Source of the DNA: Camelus dromedarius | Lineage: Eukaryota | DNA: 64,000 nt | NCBI RefSeq assembly: GCF_036321535.1 | Contig: NC_087437.1 | Location: 73,162,001-73,226,000 of the forward strand | Reading direction: 5' to 3' | Part shown: positions 14,610 to 28,329 of the stretch, piece by piece | How positions within the stretch are numbered: the stretch's first letter is position 1 | Layout of the letters: every line of letters starts with the position of its first letter | Notes under the pieces: generated by a model | The model's database searches: none | What the model was told of the DNA's origin: nothing | Seen by the model: only the letters and a program-made list of their open reading frames with translations | Position numbers and translations under genes: made by a program

Positions 14610-15475
14610 GACCACTGGAACTCCAATTTCTAGGGAAGGTAAAGTAATGAGAGCTGGACTTATCCTCTCATTCAAAACAACTAAAAATCCAGGCAAAATA
14701 CATGTAGCTGTCAGACATTAGACCTCAGGTGGCACAGAACAGTGATCACTAAGACTGGAGAGAAAAACAAGTGAGCCACGTGATTTCCCTAGCTTACTTC
14801 CCAGAGAGAGTTTCTGGACTGAATCGTAGGAGGGGGAAGCCCAGCAGATCCCAGCAAATTCACTGAGTGGAAGAGGTGGAGGTGAGATCCGGGGAAGTGA
14901 GGGTAGCGAAAGTTAACAACGTAAAGCACCAGAGAAGAGAGATCTCACCCACACAGATGCTAAAATCTTAATGAAGTTTTAACAAGTGGAATCCACCAAC
15001 ATACAAAAGTATAATACAACATAAACAAATGGAATTTATCCCAGAAATGCAAAAATCAATTCAAAATTTAATCAATGTAATTCATCATGTTAACAGACTA
15101 AAAAAGTAAATTTATATGACACTCTCAATAGACACAGAAAAAGCATCTGACAAAAGTAATACTCTATTCCTGATTTAAAAAAAAAAAAACTCAGCAAACT
15201 ACTAATAGAAGGGAACTTCCTCAACCTGATAAAAGGCATGTAAGAAAATACTACAGCTAACATCATACTTCATAGGTGAAGACTAAATGCTTTCCCTTCA
15301 AGATCAGGGAAAAAAAATGAAAGATGTTTTACCACTTCCATCCATCACTGTATCAGAGGCTCTATTCTGTGCAAAATTCAAGAATAAGAAATAAAGGGCA
15401 ACCAGATTGGAAAAGAAAAAGGAAAACTGTCTTGTTTTACAGTCTTGTAACAGTCTGTTTAGAAAATCCCAAGAT
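14610..15475 (+). mobile_element. Old LINE-1: 5'-region-like segment followed by an ORF2 (RT) fragment
   Basis: RT-region motifs gatgctaaaatctta, ggaatttatcccagaaatgcaa, tcaatagacacagaaaaagcatctgacaaaa. The 14610-14950 part resembles 20410-20830. Confidence 0.7.
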
Positions 15476-16639
15476 TGTTTCCTCTTCCCAAAATGCTCAT
15501 GCCCATTTTATCCATCTAGAGTCTACCCCTCCCTCTAGACCTAGCTCAAATGCTAATTTAGACTCCTTGGGCTTATCTTCCTCTCTTGAACTCCCTTAGT
15601 TCTCAGTAATACTGAGATCTCTATTGGGCAGAGAAAAATCACATCATGACTTGACCGTAAGGTTAGCTGTAAATGTACCGCACCTCCTCTGTTAGACCAT
15701 TACTCCCTGAGAGGAGGGAATGCATTTTGTTCATCTTTTTCCTTATTGCAGAAACTAGTCCAGGGCCTGGATATCAGAAAGGCTCAAGGACTGCTTGCTG
15801 CTCTGCCCGTGTAGTCAGTCATACAGCTGACCCGCTTCTCGTGCAGAGCCCTGCAAGCTCTTCCACTCACGCCCAAGGAGCTCTCCTACCTGACACATAC
15901 AGACTCCGCAAACTTCAGTTTCGGCCAACTTACCACATCCCCTACCAACTATAAAAGCATTTGAGTGTATTTCTACTGCTGCAAGAGAAAAGTTACACAC
16001 TTTTAATAATTATAATTTTCTATTGAAGAGACTTTACATTCCAAGACAAATCTTATAGCCCTGACAGAGAAGACATGAGGAAAAATGGAAAACTCCTGTG
16101 TATTTTGGCTGTAAGAAGCAGATGCTGGGAAAAATTTCTGAACCCCTCAGGCAACCTCAGCCACTTTGACAGCACTGGCAGAGGAGCCGCACAGAACTTC
16201 CACTTCTGAAAACAGGTAGATGTGAACCGGTGGTTTGGCTCGGCTGTGCCCCTCTCAGGTTCTCATGCACTGAGCTGCTGTGGTCACGCTGTGTCTGACA
16301 CCTTCCCGCAGGCAAAGCCCTCCTGAAGTACAGATCTTGCGTAGACAGATTACACACCATTTTCTGAACAATACAATGCTCACCCCTCCTGGCAGCCCAG
16401 TCACATGGTAAAATTTCCTCAGCTTCAGGTGTAACAATCCACCACGATGTTCTGTTTTTGGACTTGGGGAAACTAGGTTTCAGTTCCTTGACTATAAACC
16501 AAGGGACAAATTGGCAGCATTAATGCCAATCATCTAGTTCTACTTAATGTGATTTAAGTGTCTATTAAACAATGTTGAATTTTAAATGCTAGCAGTAATT
16601 TCTTGACCTGTCTCTGCTTCTGATTATCTGCTATGAGGA

Positions 16640-17380
16640 TCACGGGCCTGGAGTCAGATACACCTGGGTTCAAGCCCCAGCTCCTCCCCTACACAGCTGC
16701 GTGACTTCGGGTAGTATTCCTTCATGGCTTCCCTATTCAGTAGGATTATCACAAAGATCTCAGAGTGAGTAAAAAGATCCCAGGCGTTGGGTTTGAGGTG
16801 GAATTTGAATGGGTCATACAGAAGACAGAGAGTTACATAGTAGAAAGAAAGTTTGAGGGTGAGGAGATCTGACCCCTGTTATGGCCTTGAGCTTTGGGTC
16901 ATCCTTTTATAGCTTAAGATCTTTATCCCTGGCCCATCTTCCTACACTTGCCCACACAGTGGTAATGGTTCAGCATGCATTCTCAGGTTCTGCAAAGGTG
17001 TAGGCAAGGGCTACCACGCAGATCGCTTGGGTTCAAATCCACCTCCACCCCTCACTAACTGAGTGGCCTCACATAAATCACTTAACCTTTCCAGACTTCA
17101 CTCCTTGCCTGCACAATGAGGGAGTTAGGTGACATGGTCTCTAAGTCCCTTTCCAGCTCCCACTTAAAAGACACAGGGGTAACAGTATAGAGGTTAAACA
17201 AGTGCGGGCTCGAGAGCCATCCTGCCTAGGTTTACAACCACTGTACTTGATTCCTCATCTGTAAAATGGGAACTGTAAGTGTCCCTATCCCATGGGTTTT
17301 TTTTATGAAAATTAAATAAGCTAGTATATGTAAAATGCCTGTGACCCTGCCTGGCACATAGTAAGGCCCCAACAGATATC
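16640..17380. mobile_element. Cluster of MIR SINE relics
   Basis: ctggagtcagatacacctgggttcaagccccagctc; gggttcaaatccacctccacc; cctcatctgtaaaatggg; cctggcacatagtaagg. Confidence 0.7.
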
Positions 17381-20300
17381 AGTCCTTATTATTACAATAT
17401 TCCATACCCAGGGAGAAGCAGCAGGACCTCGAGCACTGGAGTCTGGAGGCAGGAGCAGAATCAGGGCACACTAGACTCCTTTTTAAAAAAACCTGTGGTG
17501 TCATTCTCCACCACCTAGTTGAGAGAGAGATTCTGTGATCAAGACCTACCTCCATTAGCTCCCTCCTCCTCCTCTCCATTCTGAGGTCCTCAGTGTCCTC
17601 AACTCACCTCAGAGGTGCTCAGTTCCCTTTTCCATCTGCCATCAGGGTTTGTTTTCTTCCTAACATAATTCCTTGTTCTGGAACTTTCCACTTACGTATG
17701 CCGTAATAATACTCATAACGATAACAATGATAATGGTAAGATAATGGATGGGAATATTCTGAAATTAAGCATTCCCTCTCCAAGAATTTCATGCAGAAAT
17801 TACTTTCAAGACTATAGAACACAAAGATGATTTTGTATCTCAGAAGCTAAAGAAGCATTTTTACCCATTCTTTATTTTTGGTTGTTTTGCCCTTTCATTT
17901 TAAAGTTTACACTATTAAAATGCTTCCTCCATTAAGTAATAGGGTTGGAAGTGAGGGTTGGAAAATAGGTTTTTTTAAAAAAAAAAGCAAAAGGCTTTTA
18001 AGTACAAACAAAAACCTACAAAGATTCATTCTGCTACTCAGAAAGCCTTTGGTGAACACCTACTATGTGCTAGTCATTCAAACAGATAAGACACAAAGAC
18101 AGATAAGACATGGTCTTCACCAGGGAAGTGACTGCTTTTTAAGAACTGAGGTTATCTGGGAAAGTTCATAACTTAAACATTTTTTCTATGTATTTATTTT
18201 AAGATATACTAATATTCCATTTGCATTATACGTAAGGAGAGGCTGCTAACTGTTTTATTAGTTGGGCCTCAAGAGACTTAATTCAGCCCTGCCTAGTGGG
18301 AATATCCAAGAAAAAGGGTGGGAGACGGCAGAGGCTGAGACAAGGAAGTGGAATTTGAGATGCATTAAAGGCCAAGTCGATGTTTGTCTGCCTAGTAACG
18401 GGAAAGGGAAAGGGAAGGGACTTCTATGCAGAAAACGCACATGGTTCAGCTTTGGAAGTCTGAAAGAGCACGCGTGGCCTGCACAGAAACTGCAGTAGTT
18501 CAGTGCTGCCCGAGCACGAAATACATGGCAGAGCTGGTGAGGCTTCAGCCAGGTCACCAGGGTACCCCTGAGCTCTGCTAAGATCCAGGTGATTCTGTAA
18601 AGAGAATGCTGTGTCCGTGGTTGAGCAGAGAGCCGCTTCAACTCCCAGGGAGCTCCAGGGAGACATGGAGATTTTGGCTTCACTTGCAGGCTCAGGACCA
18701 GGGCTCACCCGCATCATCTCACTCTCCCAGGCAAGGCGCCTGGGCGCTTGAAGGAGGGTATTATTGGGGCAAACAGCTGAGATCATAACTGGCCCAGGCA
18801 ATTCACAGAGGACATTATTTTATCCGTTGCCGTGAACTCATCTTCCCACACAGAGAAAGTTGGATTTGTTTAGAATCAAACTGGTAGCCAGTCTTTCCTG
18901 CCATAAAGCAATTCTCCAAACATCCCTATTTATTTTCAGATTCTTTTTCCTGTGAAAGTGCCTTTTGCCTATCTAGACTGCCCTATTCCAAACCTAAAGT
19001 TAATAATAGCTAGAACATTTCCTGAGGCATTTCATTCTGAGGATCACAGACTGTTAGCTCTTCAAGCCATTTTAAATTTGCTTTTCATTGAGATACGTTA
19101 GCAATTGCGCTTCTTGTTGTTTCAAATCGCCGTGTTTCAGTGAACACAGTCACTGAGTCATGGCGTCCTCTAGATAATCGTGTCACAAATTTCAACACAG
19201 CTCTTGTTCTAAAGTGTTTGGGTAAAAGGCCAAGGTTAAATCTTGTTCAAATAACTACACTTTTTCAAAGGAAAAAGGAAGACATTTGAATTTTATAGAA
19301 TTCACCAGAAATCAAGTTGTGAAATATGAATCATTCCCTGGCCTTTATCCCACAGGCTATAGAGAACACTGCACTGACTAAATCCTTAGGAGTAAGGACA
19401 TAATTATTGTGACTCTTGTCTTAAAACTGGGACATTAAAGAATAAAGTGTCAGTAATTCTGGTCAGCCCACTAAATTATACATAACAACTATTAAATGTC
19501 AATATTAGAGAGATGGTTACAAATGAAACTTTTGTTCATTTTTCTCCTTACCCTCTCATTCATGTTATATGCCTTTCTTTTCTCTGCCTTTATCACCTCA
19601 GATTTTCCAGCCTTTCTTTACATTTTTCCTGTTTCTGTTGGTGGTGACATTTTTGGCAGTTTGCTTGTTTGCTGTTTTGGGGGACTTTTCTTGCTAAGCC
19701 TTTGGGCGTGCTCTCCCATATCATCCTCATCACCGCCTACTAGCCCTCCTTCACTGCCCCAGCTATGTCCTCCTTGGTCCTTCTTGGACCACTTGACCAA
19801 CCCAATTACTAATACTTTTTTTGTCCATCTGATTTTTCTCCCCATCACTACCTACCTTATTCTATAATTCACAGTGGATTTTCTTTTATTTAAAGTAATC
19901 TATTTCTTCTTGTTGTTGTATTGATCGTTTCCTCATTCCTATAGTAGATAAATTTATTAACTCAAATATTTATTGGATATCTCTTTGGATAGGTTCTCTG
20001 CTGGATACTTAATATAGCAACAAATAAGCTAGAGGTATTATAACTCACTGAGGGAGACAACATTGAGGTAGTATAAGAGATTCAGCTTATCAAAGACATT
20101 GTATACCACGAAAAGGACAGCACGCTTAGTATTTTGGGGAGGCATTGCAGGATTTTAAAAGGGAACATAATCCTGTGTGGATTTTAAAATATAGTTTCCC
20201 CCATAATTTTTTGTGGGAAGCCATCCATTCAACGCTACATTGGAAGAGAATAAATTTTGAGCATTTCAAGGGACGAGCCCATGAGTTCTTCATCTTCTTG

Positions 20301-20864
20301 TCACCAATATCCTATACCCTCCCTGACACACAGGGTCTCAAAGTGTATGTTGTTGCTGCAGTTCGTTTGTTAAAGTGAACTAGGAGAGTATTACATGTTA
20401 GGAGGTTATTATATTACCTAATTGCCAAGATGTAATAACAGGGACTGAATTTATTCTCCTGCCTGAAACAACTAAAAAGCTGGGTAAAACTTTTTTATTA
20501 CATGATTTTCAAGACATTAGACATTAGGCAAGGAAGGAGAGTTATGACTAAGAAACAGGAGACAAGTGAGTTGAGCTATGACTGCTACCTTATTGCCTGT
20601 TGAGAGTTTGGGGGCCATAGCACAGGAAGGGGAACACAAGTGGAGCCCAGAAGTCCCTGTGAGTTGAGGAGATAAAGCTGGAAGTCCAGGAAGGCCAAGG
20701 CAGCAAAAGTTACTAATGCAAAGTACCAGAGAGGAGAGAGCTGCACAGAGAGAGAACTTCAGAGATGTGCAGAGCACCTCTTCATGTCTTCTGATGAGTG
20801 CATATCTGTATGAAGAAATTACTCAGGGAAAGAGAAAGAAAAATAGATCAGTTAAAACTGATAC

Positions 20865-22335
20865 AGTCTTTAATCCATTTTGAGTTAATTTTTGTGTATG
20901 GAAGATAGCGGTTCAATTTCATTCTTTTTCAAGTAGCTGTTTGGCTTTCCCAAACCTATTTATTAAAGAGACTGTCCTTTCTCCATTGTGTGTTCTTTGC
21001 CCTTCTGTTATAAATTAATTGTCCACATATGTGTGGGTTTACTTCTGGGCTCTCAATTCTGTTTCATTGTTCTGTGTGTCTGTTTTTTGTGCTGGTACCA
21101 TACTGTTTTGATTACTATAGCTCTATAGTATAGTTTGAAATCAGGGCATGTGATATCTCCAACTTTGTTCTTCTTTCTCAAGACTGTTTTGGTTACTTGG
21201 GATCTTTGGGGGTTCCATACAAATTTTAGGATTATTTGTTTTAGTTCTGTGAAATATGCCATGGAATTTTGATAGGGATTGTATTGAATCTATAGATTTC
21301 TTTCTCTAGTACGGACATCTTAACAAATTAATTCTTCCAATCCATGAACTCAGGATATCTTTCGATTTATTTGTGTCTTCTTCAATTTCTTTTATCGGTG
21401 ACTATATTATAGCTTTCAATGTCAGATTTGTCACCTCTTTAGTTAAATTCATCCTAGGTATTTTATTCTTTGTGATGAAATTGTAAATGAATTGTTTTCT
21501 TAATTTCTCTGATATTTATTAGTGTGTAGAAATGCCACAGATTTCTGTATATTGACTTTTATCTTGCAAATTTACTAAATTCATTTCTTGTTAATAGATT
21601 TTTGGTGGAGTCTTTAGGGATTTCTATATATAGTATGTCATCTGCAAATAGTGACACTTTTACTTCTTCCTTTCCAATTTGGACATGATTTATTTACTTT
21701 TCTTGCCCAATTGCTGTGGTTAGGAATTCTAATACTATGTTGAGTAAAACTGATGATAGTGGGCATCCTTGTCTTGCTACTGATACTAGAGGAAAAGCTT
21801 TCAGAATTTCATGGGTAAGTATGATGTTAGTTGTGGGTTTGTCATATATAATCTTTATTATATTGAGGTATATTCCATCTTTACCCACTTTATTGAGAGT
21901 TTTCATCATAAATGGATGTTAAATTTTACTAAATGCTTTTTCTTCACCTATTGAGATGATCATATGATTCTTTTTATCATTCATTTTGTCAATATGGTGT
22001 ATCATATTGATTGATTTGTGAAGGTTGAGCCATTCTTGCATCCATGAAATAAATCCCACTTGATTGTGATATATAATCCTTTAAATATATTATTAGATTC
22101 AGTTTGCTAATATTTTATTGAGAATTTTTGCATATGTTCACCAAGGATATTGGCCTGTAATTTTCTTTTTTTTTTTTTTTTTTTTTTTGGTGTCCTTATC
22201 TGGTTTTGGTGTCAGGGTAATGCTGATTTCATAAAATGTGTTTGGAAGTTTTCCCTCCTCTTCAGTTTTCTGGAAGAGTTTGAAATGGATAGGTATTAAA
22301 TCCCTGACTGTTCTGGAGAATTCACCAGTGAAGCT
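20865..22335 (-). mobile_element. LINE-1 ORF2 fragment (RT and downstream region), pseudogenised
   Basis: Minus-strand ORFs 21694-21909 ([12 protein letters not shown]...[17 protein letters not shown]) and 21053-21262 (PDFKLYYRAIVIKTVWY) are L1 ORF2p motifs. Confidence 0.93.
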
Positions 22336-25300
22336 GAGAAAATAAATATCTGTTGTTTAAGCCATCCAGTGTATGATACTTTCTTACAGCATCCTTAGAA
22401 ACTGATACAGGGACCATTACAAACCTATTAGAATGGCTAAAATTAAGGAATGCAGCCTGGGGTGCAGTTGGCTGCTTTTGAAGAGTAGGAGATTAGAAGG
22501 GGTGCTGGACTGAAATCAAATTCAGGAGTTGATAGAAGAAAGAAGAAAAGAATTGTCAGGCAACTTTTAGGGCTCTACTGATATCAGCTAAGAATAATTT
22601 GAGGGTCATCAGTATAGTCAATAGTTTTTATGTTGTTGCTGTTAAAAAATTAGGTTCCACCTTGAAACACTTGAAAAACTGTAAAACTCTCATTTTCCCT
22701 GTGGTTCCTACCTCCTTTTCTAGGCCAATTGGATGTTAACTGTTTCATACTTGCACACGATTCAGGAAAGGAATATTAGTTTACTTCAGCCAAAGTGTGT
22801 CAAGGCTCACCTGAAATAAAAGAGGCTGTAATAATGCAACATCCTCTGAAATCACCACTAAAAATTAGAACAAAGTACTGCCATGTGATTTGAGCCACCA
22901 ACACCGAAGAACTCAGAGTAAGTGGATATTTGAATTTATCCAGGGCTAAGGATTATCAAAGTTAGTATGGCAGAGGTTTGAGGGGTATAATCTTGAGAGA
23001 TACTCAATGAAGAGTTGAAATATGAATCAAGGCATCCAGGCCAGATTGAGAGGAACACTAAGCTAGAAATGACTAAGACAAAAAAAGGAAGCATCAGGGG
23101 GCTCTGAGCTTTTGTGAAGAAGACATAAGGGAAGGGAAGAAAGGTCAGAAAAGCAGGGAAAAGTTAATATTTATTATGCATTTATTTTGACATGGGTAAC
23201 TATCACTATTTACACAGTGGAGAACACAGAGGTGTGGAGGTTAGGCAACTTGTGCACAATCACGGAAGTACGTGGCCAGCATATAAACTCAGGTCTAGTG
23301 TATAATCCATGTCCTTTCCATTACTTTCCATTGGCTGGTACATTAAAGTGTAATAGGAGAGAGAAACTAGGAGAGACAGAAGTCAATTAAAGAGCTGAAG
23401 CTTCAAGTCTAAGACAGTGGAGTTGACATACTTAGGCCTGAAGATGTTTCAAGGTGTGGCTGCCCATGCATTTACTAGAGTGGAGGAGAGGTGAGCTAAC
23501 TGAAAAACAGGTGACAAAGACCAGAGCTCTGTGCACGTGACACAGCACAGGCCATCCACGTGGATATTTCAGGGCAGAGCAGACGAGTGCGAGAGAGAGC
23601 AAGAACGAGAGAGAGAGACTGAGGGAGATTTATTCCTCACAGCTGCTGCTTCAAACTAGACAAAATAATCCACACCAAGATTCTATGTTCTTTCTCCCCA
23701 TTCAATTTTAGGGAAGACCAAAAAGCCTTAAGGTTAGTAATGTCATACTTTGAAAGTTTCTTCTCTAAATAAATTCATAACACACAAGTCAAATGTTTCA
23801 TTGCAGTTTGTGTGAGAATGTGCCTAAGACAAAATAGTGCAAAGACGGTATATGTATTTGCAGCCCATTTGATATTCTGATTTATCATAAAAGAGTCATT
23901 TATTCATACATTCTGACCTCTGATCTTGACTACAGTCAGATTTTAACTCTGCAATGAGAAATACTAACTATGGACTATCAGTCAATTAAGCTGAGGTCCC
24001 TCTTGGTGGATATTAAGGGAAGAACAGTTACCAGCCCATGTGACAAACCAGCTGCTCCGTGCATCGTGCAGAGTGGAGAAGATGTCTTCACCCCATTAAA
24101 CACCGTGCGCGGAGAGGGTGTATCTCAGGGCCCATGGGAGCATCTGAGGTAACGACACTGTGCAATACGTGCTTTCAGATCTCCTGGACTCCTCACATGG
24201 CCCCATTGTCACTGCGTTCCCAAAACATAGCTGTCATAGAACAAGAAAAACTCAAGAACTCAAGAAAAAATGAAAATACTATGACTCATATTGTCTATGC
24301 TGTGTGAGCTACTAAATTTCAGTCTATTTATTCTAATAAAAAATCCTTGAAAATCCATTTGCATAGCACTCACCCACAAGTCTTTAAAATAGATAGAGAA
24401 AAACTGTCTAACAGTTGCTATACATAGATACTCTATTGTTTAATTATTTAGACGACTGCTATTTAATTGCAATTCAAATGGATCATCTTCTAAAAGTTCA
24501 ATTTTTAAGATAGAAAGGGACTTTCAGTTTAATGAGGTCCAAAAATAAAATTTATTCAATTATCCTGATAAGTGTCTTATCTAATTAGCTGAGTATCTGG
24601 AGCTGACATGTGAAGAATAATAGCTATTGTTGTATGCTTTAATTTTTTTTTATCATATTTAAGGGCTCACTTATATGCCAGGTAATTTATATATGCTACC
24701 TCTCATTTTATTCTAACCATATGGAGTAGGTATTATTAATCATCATTTAAAAGATGAGGAAGCTAAAGTCCAGGGGACTAAGTAACTTTTTCACATTATC
24801 AGTAAAGGTAAAGCTAGATTTTATGTCTATTACTGGAAACAACCCAAATCCAAATTTAAACATAAATCTGGCATGTTTCCTTCATTACATATCTTTTTTA
24901 TAATAACACTATTTAATATACTAATGATTAACATTTATAAATACTTGTCATGTTTCAAGAAATGAATATAAATTAAATTAGTCTTTACACCAATTTCATG
25001 ACATGGATGCTGCATTTGACAAATGAGGAAACTGAGGCAGAGGAGTCCCATTAGTAGTCACTGATGAGACGGATCTGAACCCACGTCTGACTCACTTCTC
25101 TCAACCACGATTCTACCTTTATTGATCCAGCTTGAGTATTTTGGAGCTCACCTACGTAGATGTGGCTTCCCTGGGCCTTAATCAGAGTAAACCAGAGATG
25201 GAGTTATTTTTAAAGTTCCTCTAGTCAGCTTTTATTGGATTTGGCATGGCAGGGCCTGGAGGAGGCTACGCCTAGTGAGGAATTCACCTTCCTGGTTTAC

Positions 25301-25799
25301 TATGCTCCCTAGGGCCTCTTTTTCCTCCCCTGTAACCACAGCCCCAACCAAGTATCATAACCTATTCCAGTGTAGCCTATCTAGACCAGCTGTACAAACC
25401 AGCAGTTAGGAACACAAGTCCCAAAACCTCTTTTGTAGTTGTGTATATGATGATTTAATACACACGAAGTGTACAAGTCAAGGCCTGAAATATAGTAAGT
25501 GCACGAAAAGTATTAGATAGTATTATTATTACATAGTATTTCCAAGGTGGAGAAATCTCAGAGAACAGAAATCCAGACAGGGATTGTAGCAATCAAGATC
25601 CTTGCCTGTAACTTGGTATCTTCTGTGATCTGAGGCATGGGGTTAACATATACTCCAGGAAGGGATGTGTGTGTGTGTCTGTGTGTGTGTGTTTAATCAC
25701 TGAGTCTTCCTCTGGATTACTTTCAGTCGAAATGACTTTGCTTTCAAATCTTACATTCTTGTCTAACCAAACACTGCCTCCCTCTTTCTCTTTTACTAT

Positions 25800-26900
25800 T
25801 TAAGTTTATTTTTTAATCATAACCCAAACCTGAATATAGGTTACTAAAGCAGGAAGAGACATTGATGAAGACCAAACTGATCCAAATCCCATTTCTCAGC
25901 AATGTTGCTTGCCATTCTGAGCTAATGTAGAAAGCATCTTAATCCTGGTAGCTTCTCCAGAGGACAGCAGGCGTGTATGACTCTGTCTTCCTGCTTATTT
26001 TAACCCACTGAAACATCAGCTCAAGGTCAACGTATGGTGCCTCCTTAAGGAAGGGTTTCCATAACACATTAATATGTTAGGTAATTCTTTTAGCACAGTC
26101 CAAGACAGACTGGTATCTTCTCTTTAGCAAACATAGAAGAACCAGGTGTTCTACACATGACCTTTCCCCTGTGATGTCTGTAGAGTGTTTCATTTGAGAA
26201 GAGAAATCTCCTCCTGGAGTCAATCCTGATTTTCTGATGGATCCTGGCCTGTGTCTCATGATGAAGAAACCACAAAGCAACCACACTCTTCACAGTCATT
26301 ATTTTCATTCTTATTTTGTTTTCTTTTCTTTAAATTTTTAAATTTTAACTTTTTTGGGGGGATAGGTAACTAGATTGATTGATTGATTGATTGATTGATC
26401 TATTTATTTAAAGGAGGTGCTGGGGATTGAACCCAGTATCTTGTGCATGTGAAGCATAGGCTCTACCACTGAGTTATGTCCTCCCTCCTAATTTTGTTAT
26501 CAATTAAGGTGTTGTGTATCATGCCACCATTAACCTTCACAGGATCTACATAGATTGATTACTCATAGACTGCATTTCTAGGAAACACTGAGTCAAATAT
26601 ACACAAAAAGTGATTGGAAGCCCATATTTCCATGATAGGAGGGAATAAATGTATGTCATTCTGCTTTTCTGCTTCAGATTTGAAGTCTTCTCACCTCTTA
26701 TTTGAAGAGAACTGCATTTCAGTGATCAGCTGCCCAAATTCAACTGAATATAGTTATGAGACCTGCTGGGACCTCAGCTAACTAGGCTCTAGGAGAAGTG
26801 AAGAAAACAAGGATGGTATAATTACATTTAGAGGATGCTGACACAGGTGACCACAAGTTGTGCCCCTAGTGCTTCTGCTGTATGAATAAGGTGGGGTCAG
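25800..26900 (+). pseudogene. EBLN copy A (endogenous bornavirus-like nucleoprotein relic), interrupted by a SINE
   Basis: Colinear motifs vs BoDV-1 N (from memory): SSRSTYGASLRKGF 26018-26059 ~ SSKIKAGAEQIKKRF; WI...TTLF ~ WI...TTDF; IKVLCIMPPLT 26503-26535 ~ IKLVASYAQMT; DY/LIDCI 26557-26576 ~ EYLAECM; SCPN 26728-26739 ~ SFPN. Has stops and frameshifts; ends approximate. Confidence 0.55.
26324..26488 (-). mobile_element. tRNA-derived SINE (camelid-type) with (GATT)n/AT-rich tail
   Basis: Reverse complement has tRNA A/B boxes (taactcagtggtagagc...gggttcaatccccagcacctcc). Target-site duplication (TSD) ttattttgttttc (26311-26323) / taattttgttatc (26489-26501). Confidence 0.85.
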
Positions 26901-26949
26901 TCTTAGTCTGAAGTGCCATCATCAACATACAAGGCAGTCCAATATGGGG

Positions 26950-28210
26950 AAGGTCATGGGATCAAAGGGCAGATGGCCACAGCCAGTGGAAGTCAGATTA
27001 GATGCTCTTATAGTTTCTAGTCACCTGGCTATTAGAAGAAGAACCACAATCAGAGACGGGAGGCAGGATCTAACCTTCTACTACCAAGCCCACTACCAGG
27101 GATGGTGGTAGGAACTCAGCAAGTCAGATCCTAATCAAAGACTCTAGGCTTCTGGATAGGGCTCTGGATCCAACAGAAAGTCTGAATCCTGAACAGAAAT
27201 CCAAGGTACACACATTAGGCCAATAAACAGTGGCATATCCCATGTATACCTGACTCTTAGCTTACTGGGGTTGGGGTGCAGCAAGATCAAAACTAAATCA
27301 CACCAGCTGGAAGTTTGAACCTACTACCTGAACTGCATCTCAAACTTTAATGTACGTATAGCTTGCCTGGTGATCTTGTTAAAATGCAGATTCTGATTCT
27401 GGGGAGATGTGGAGCTGGGTTCATATTCTGCATTTCTAACAAAAACTCTCAATTGACGCTGATACTGATGGTCTGCAGAACACACTTTGAGAAATAAGGT
27501 ACTGTTTGCCTTGTCTGGGATTCAAAAGGAAAAAGATGAGGGTTAGGGGTGGGGAAGTTGAGTCCAGATTGAAGAAGTCAGTGCTTAGAGGTCAGAGGAG
27601 CAGGACAACACAGAGAAGTGACTTAGAACCAGTGACTGTTCAGTCAGTAGCAGCCAAGGACTCACAGAATCTCAGGAAGTACCTGGGGTCATGCTACCCT
27701 AATACAGGCATTCTCTGATCCCTTTGGATAATGAGAGTGTCAAGGAAAGGAGGCAACAGAAACCTACTTTCCTGGGACTCCTTGGGTAGCGTATTTGCTC
27801 TGAGGTGATGGGTTCCATTGTGGTGGAAGCAGTGACAAAGAACAAGTATTGGCAGTGCCTTTTCTGGTGAGTCTTCTGTCTTGTTCCTGCCTCCATTGTG
27901 CCATTCTCCCTTTCCTGGGGGTCCAGCCAAGTACATGGCTGCAGGTGGACTCTGTTCTTTTATCTCATTAGTTATCTTGAGCTCAGGGACATGGAAAAGT
28001 TCTCTTCCATCTCATGGCTGCAAGAGAAAACTGAACTTGGAGTGGTAAAAACTGGCTTCAATGACAGTCTTTTTCCTAAAAATATCAGTTTCTTCCATAC
28101 AGCAAACTCTCCACATTCTACCTAAACACATCAGAAAGATCCAGTATCAAGCTCCAACCAACCTACGAAAAATAATAATCTAATAAAGACAGGTTTAAAA
28201 AAATAAAATT
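26950..28210 (+). pseudogene. EBLN copy B, interrupted by a MER5-type element
   Basis: PLPGM 27090 ~ PHPGI; TVAYPMYT*LLAYWGWGAA 27227-27283 ~ TVTPSLVFLCLLIPGLHAA (same spacing); TTQRSDLEPVTVQSV 27605-27649 ~ TTQRDLTELEISSI; ESVKER 27733-27750 ~ EQIKKR; EAV ~ EAI; LISYLEL ~ VASYAQM; GVVKTGFNDSL 28039-28071 ~ PVVAYEIRDFL. A-rich end at 28194-28208. Confidence 0.65.
27332..27500. mobile_element. MER5A-like DNA transposon inserted within EBLN copy B
   Basis: tctcaaactttaatgt...cttgttaaaatgcagattctgattc...ctgcatttctaac...cacactttgagaaataagg. Confidence 0.8.
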
Positions 28211-28329
28211 AAGGCTCATTCTCTGAACCTGGGCACTACCCAAGTACTGTTAGGGTAGCCAAGCTGAGGTCTAAGTCAGAGCACAGGAATTCTAACTCTG
28301 GCCTTTAGTCCTCTGAGTATTATTAGTAG

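Noticed and set aside
19496..19867. Hydrophobic 123-aa ORF resembling a membrane protein
   Set aside because: Explained by T/C-rich low-complexity sequence; no family motif.
26410..26488. tRNA gene
   Set aside because: The tRNA-like head is attached to an AT-rich tail and flanked by a TSD, so it is a SINE.
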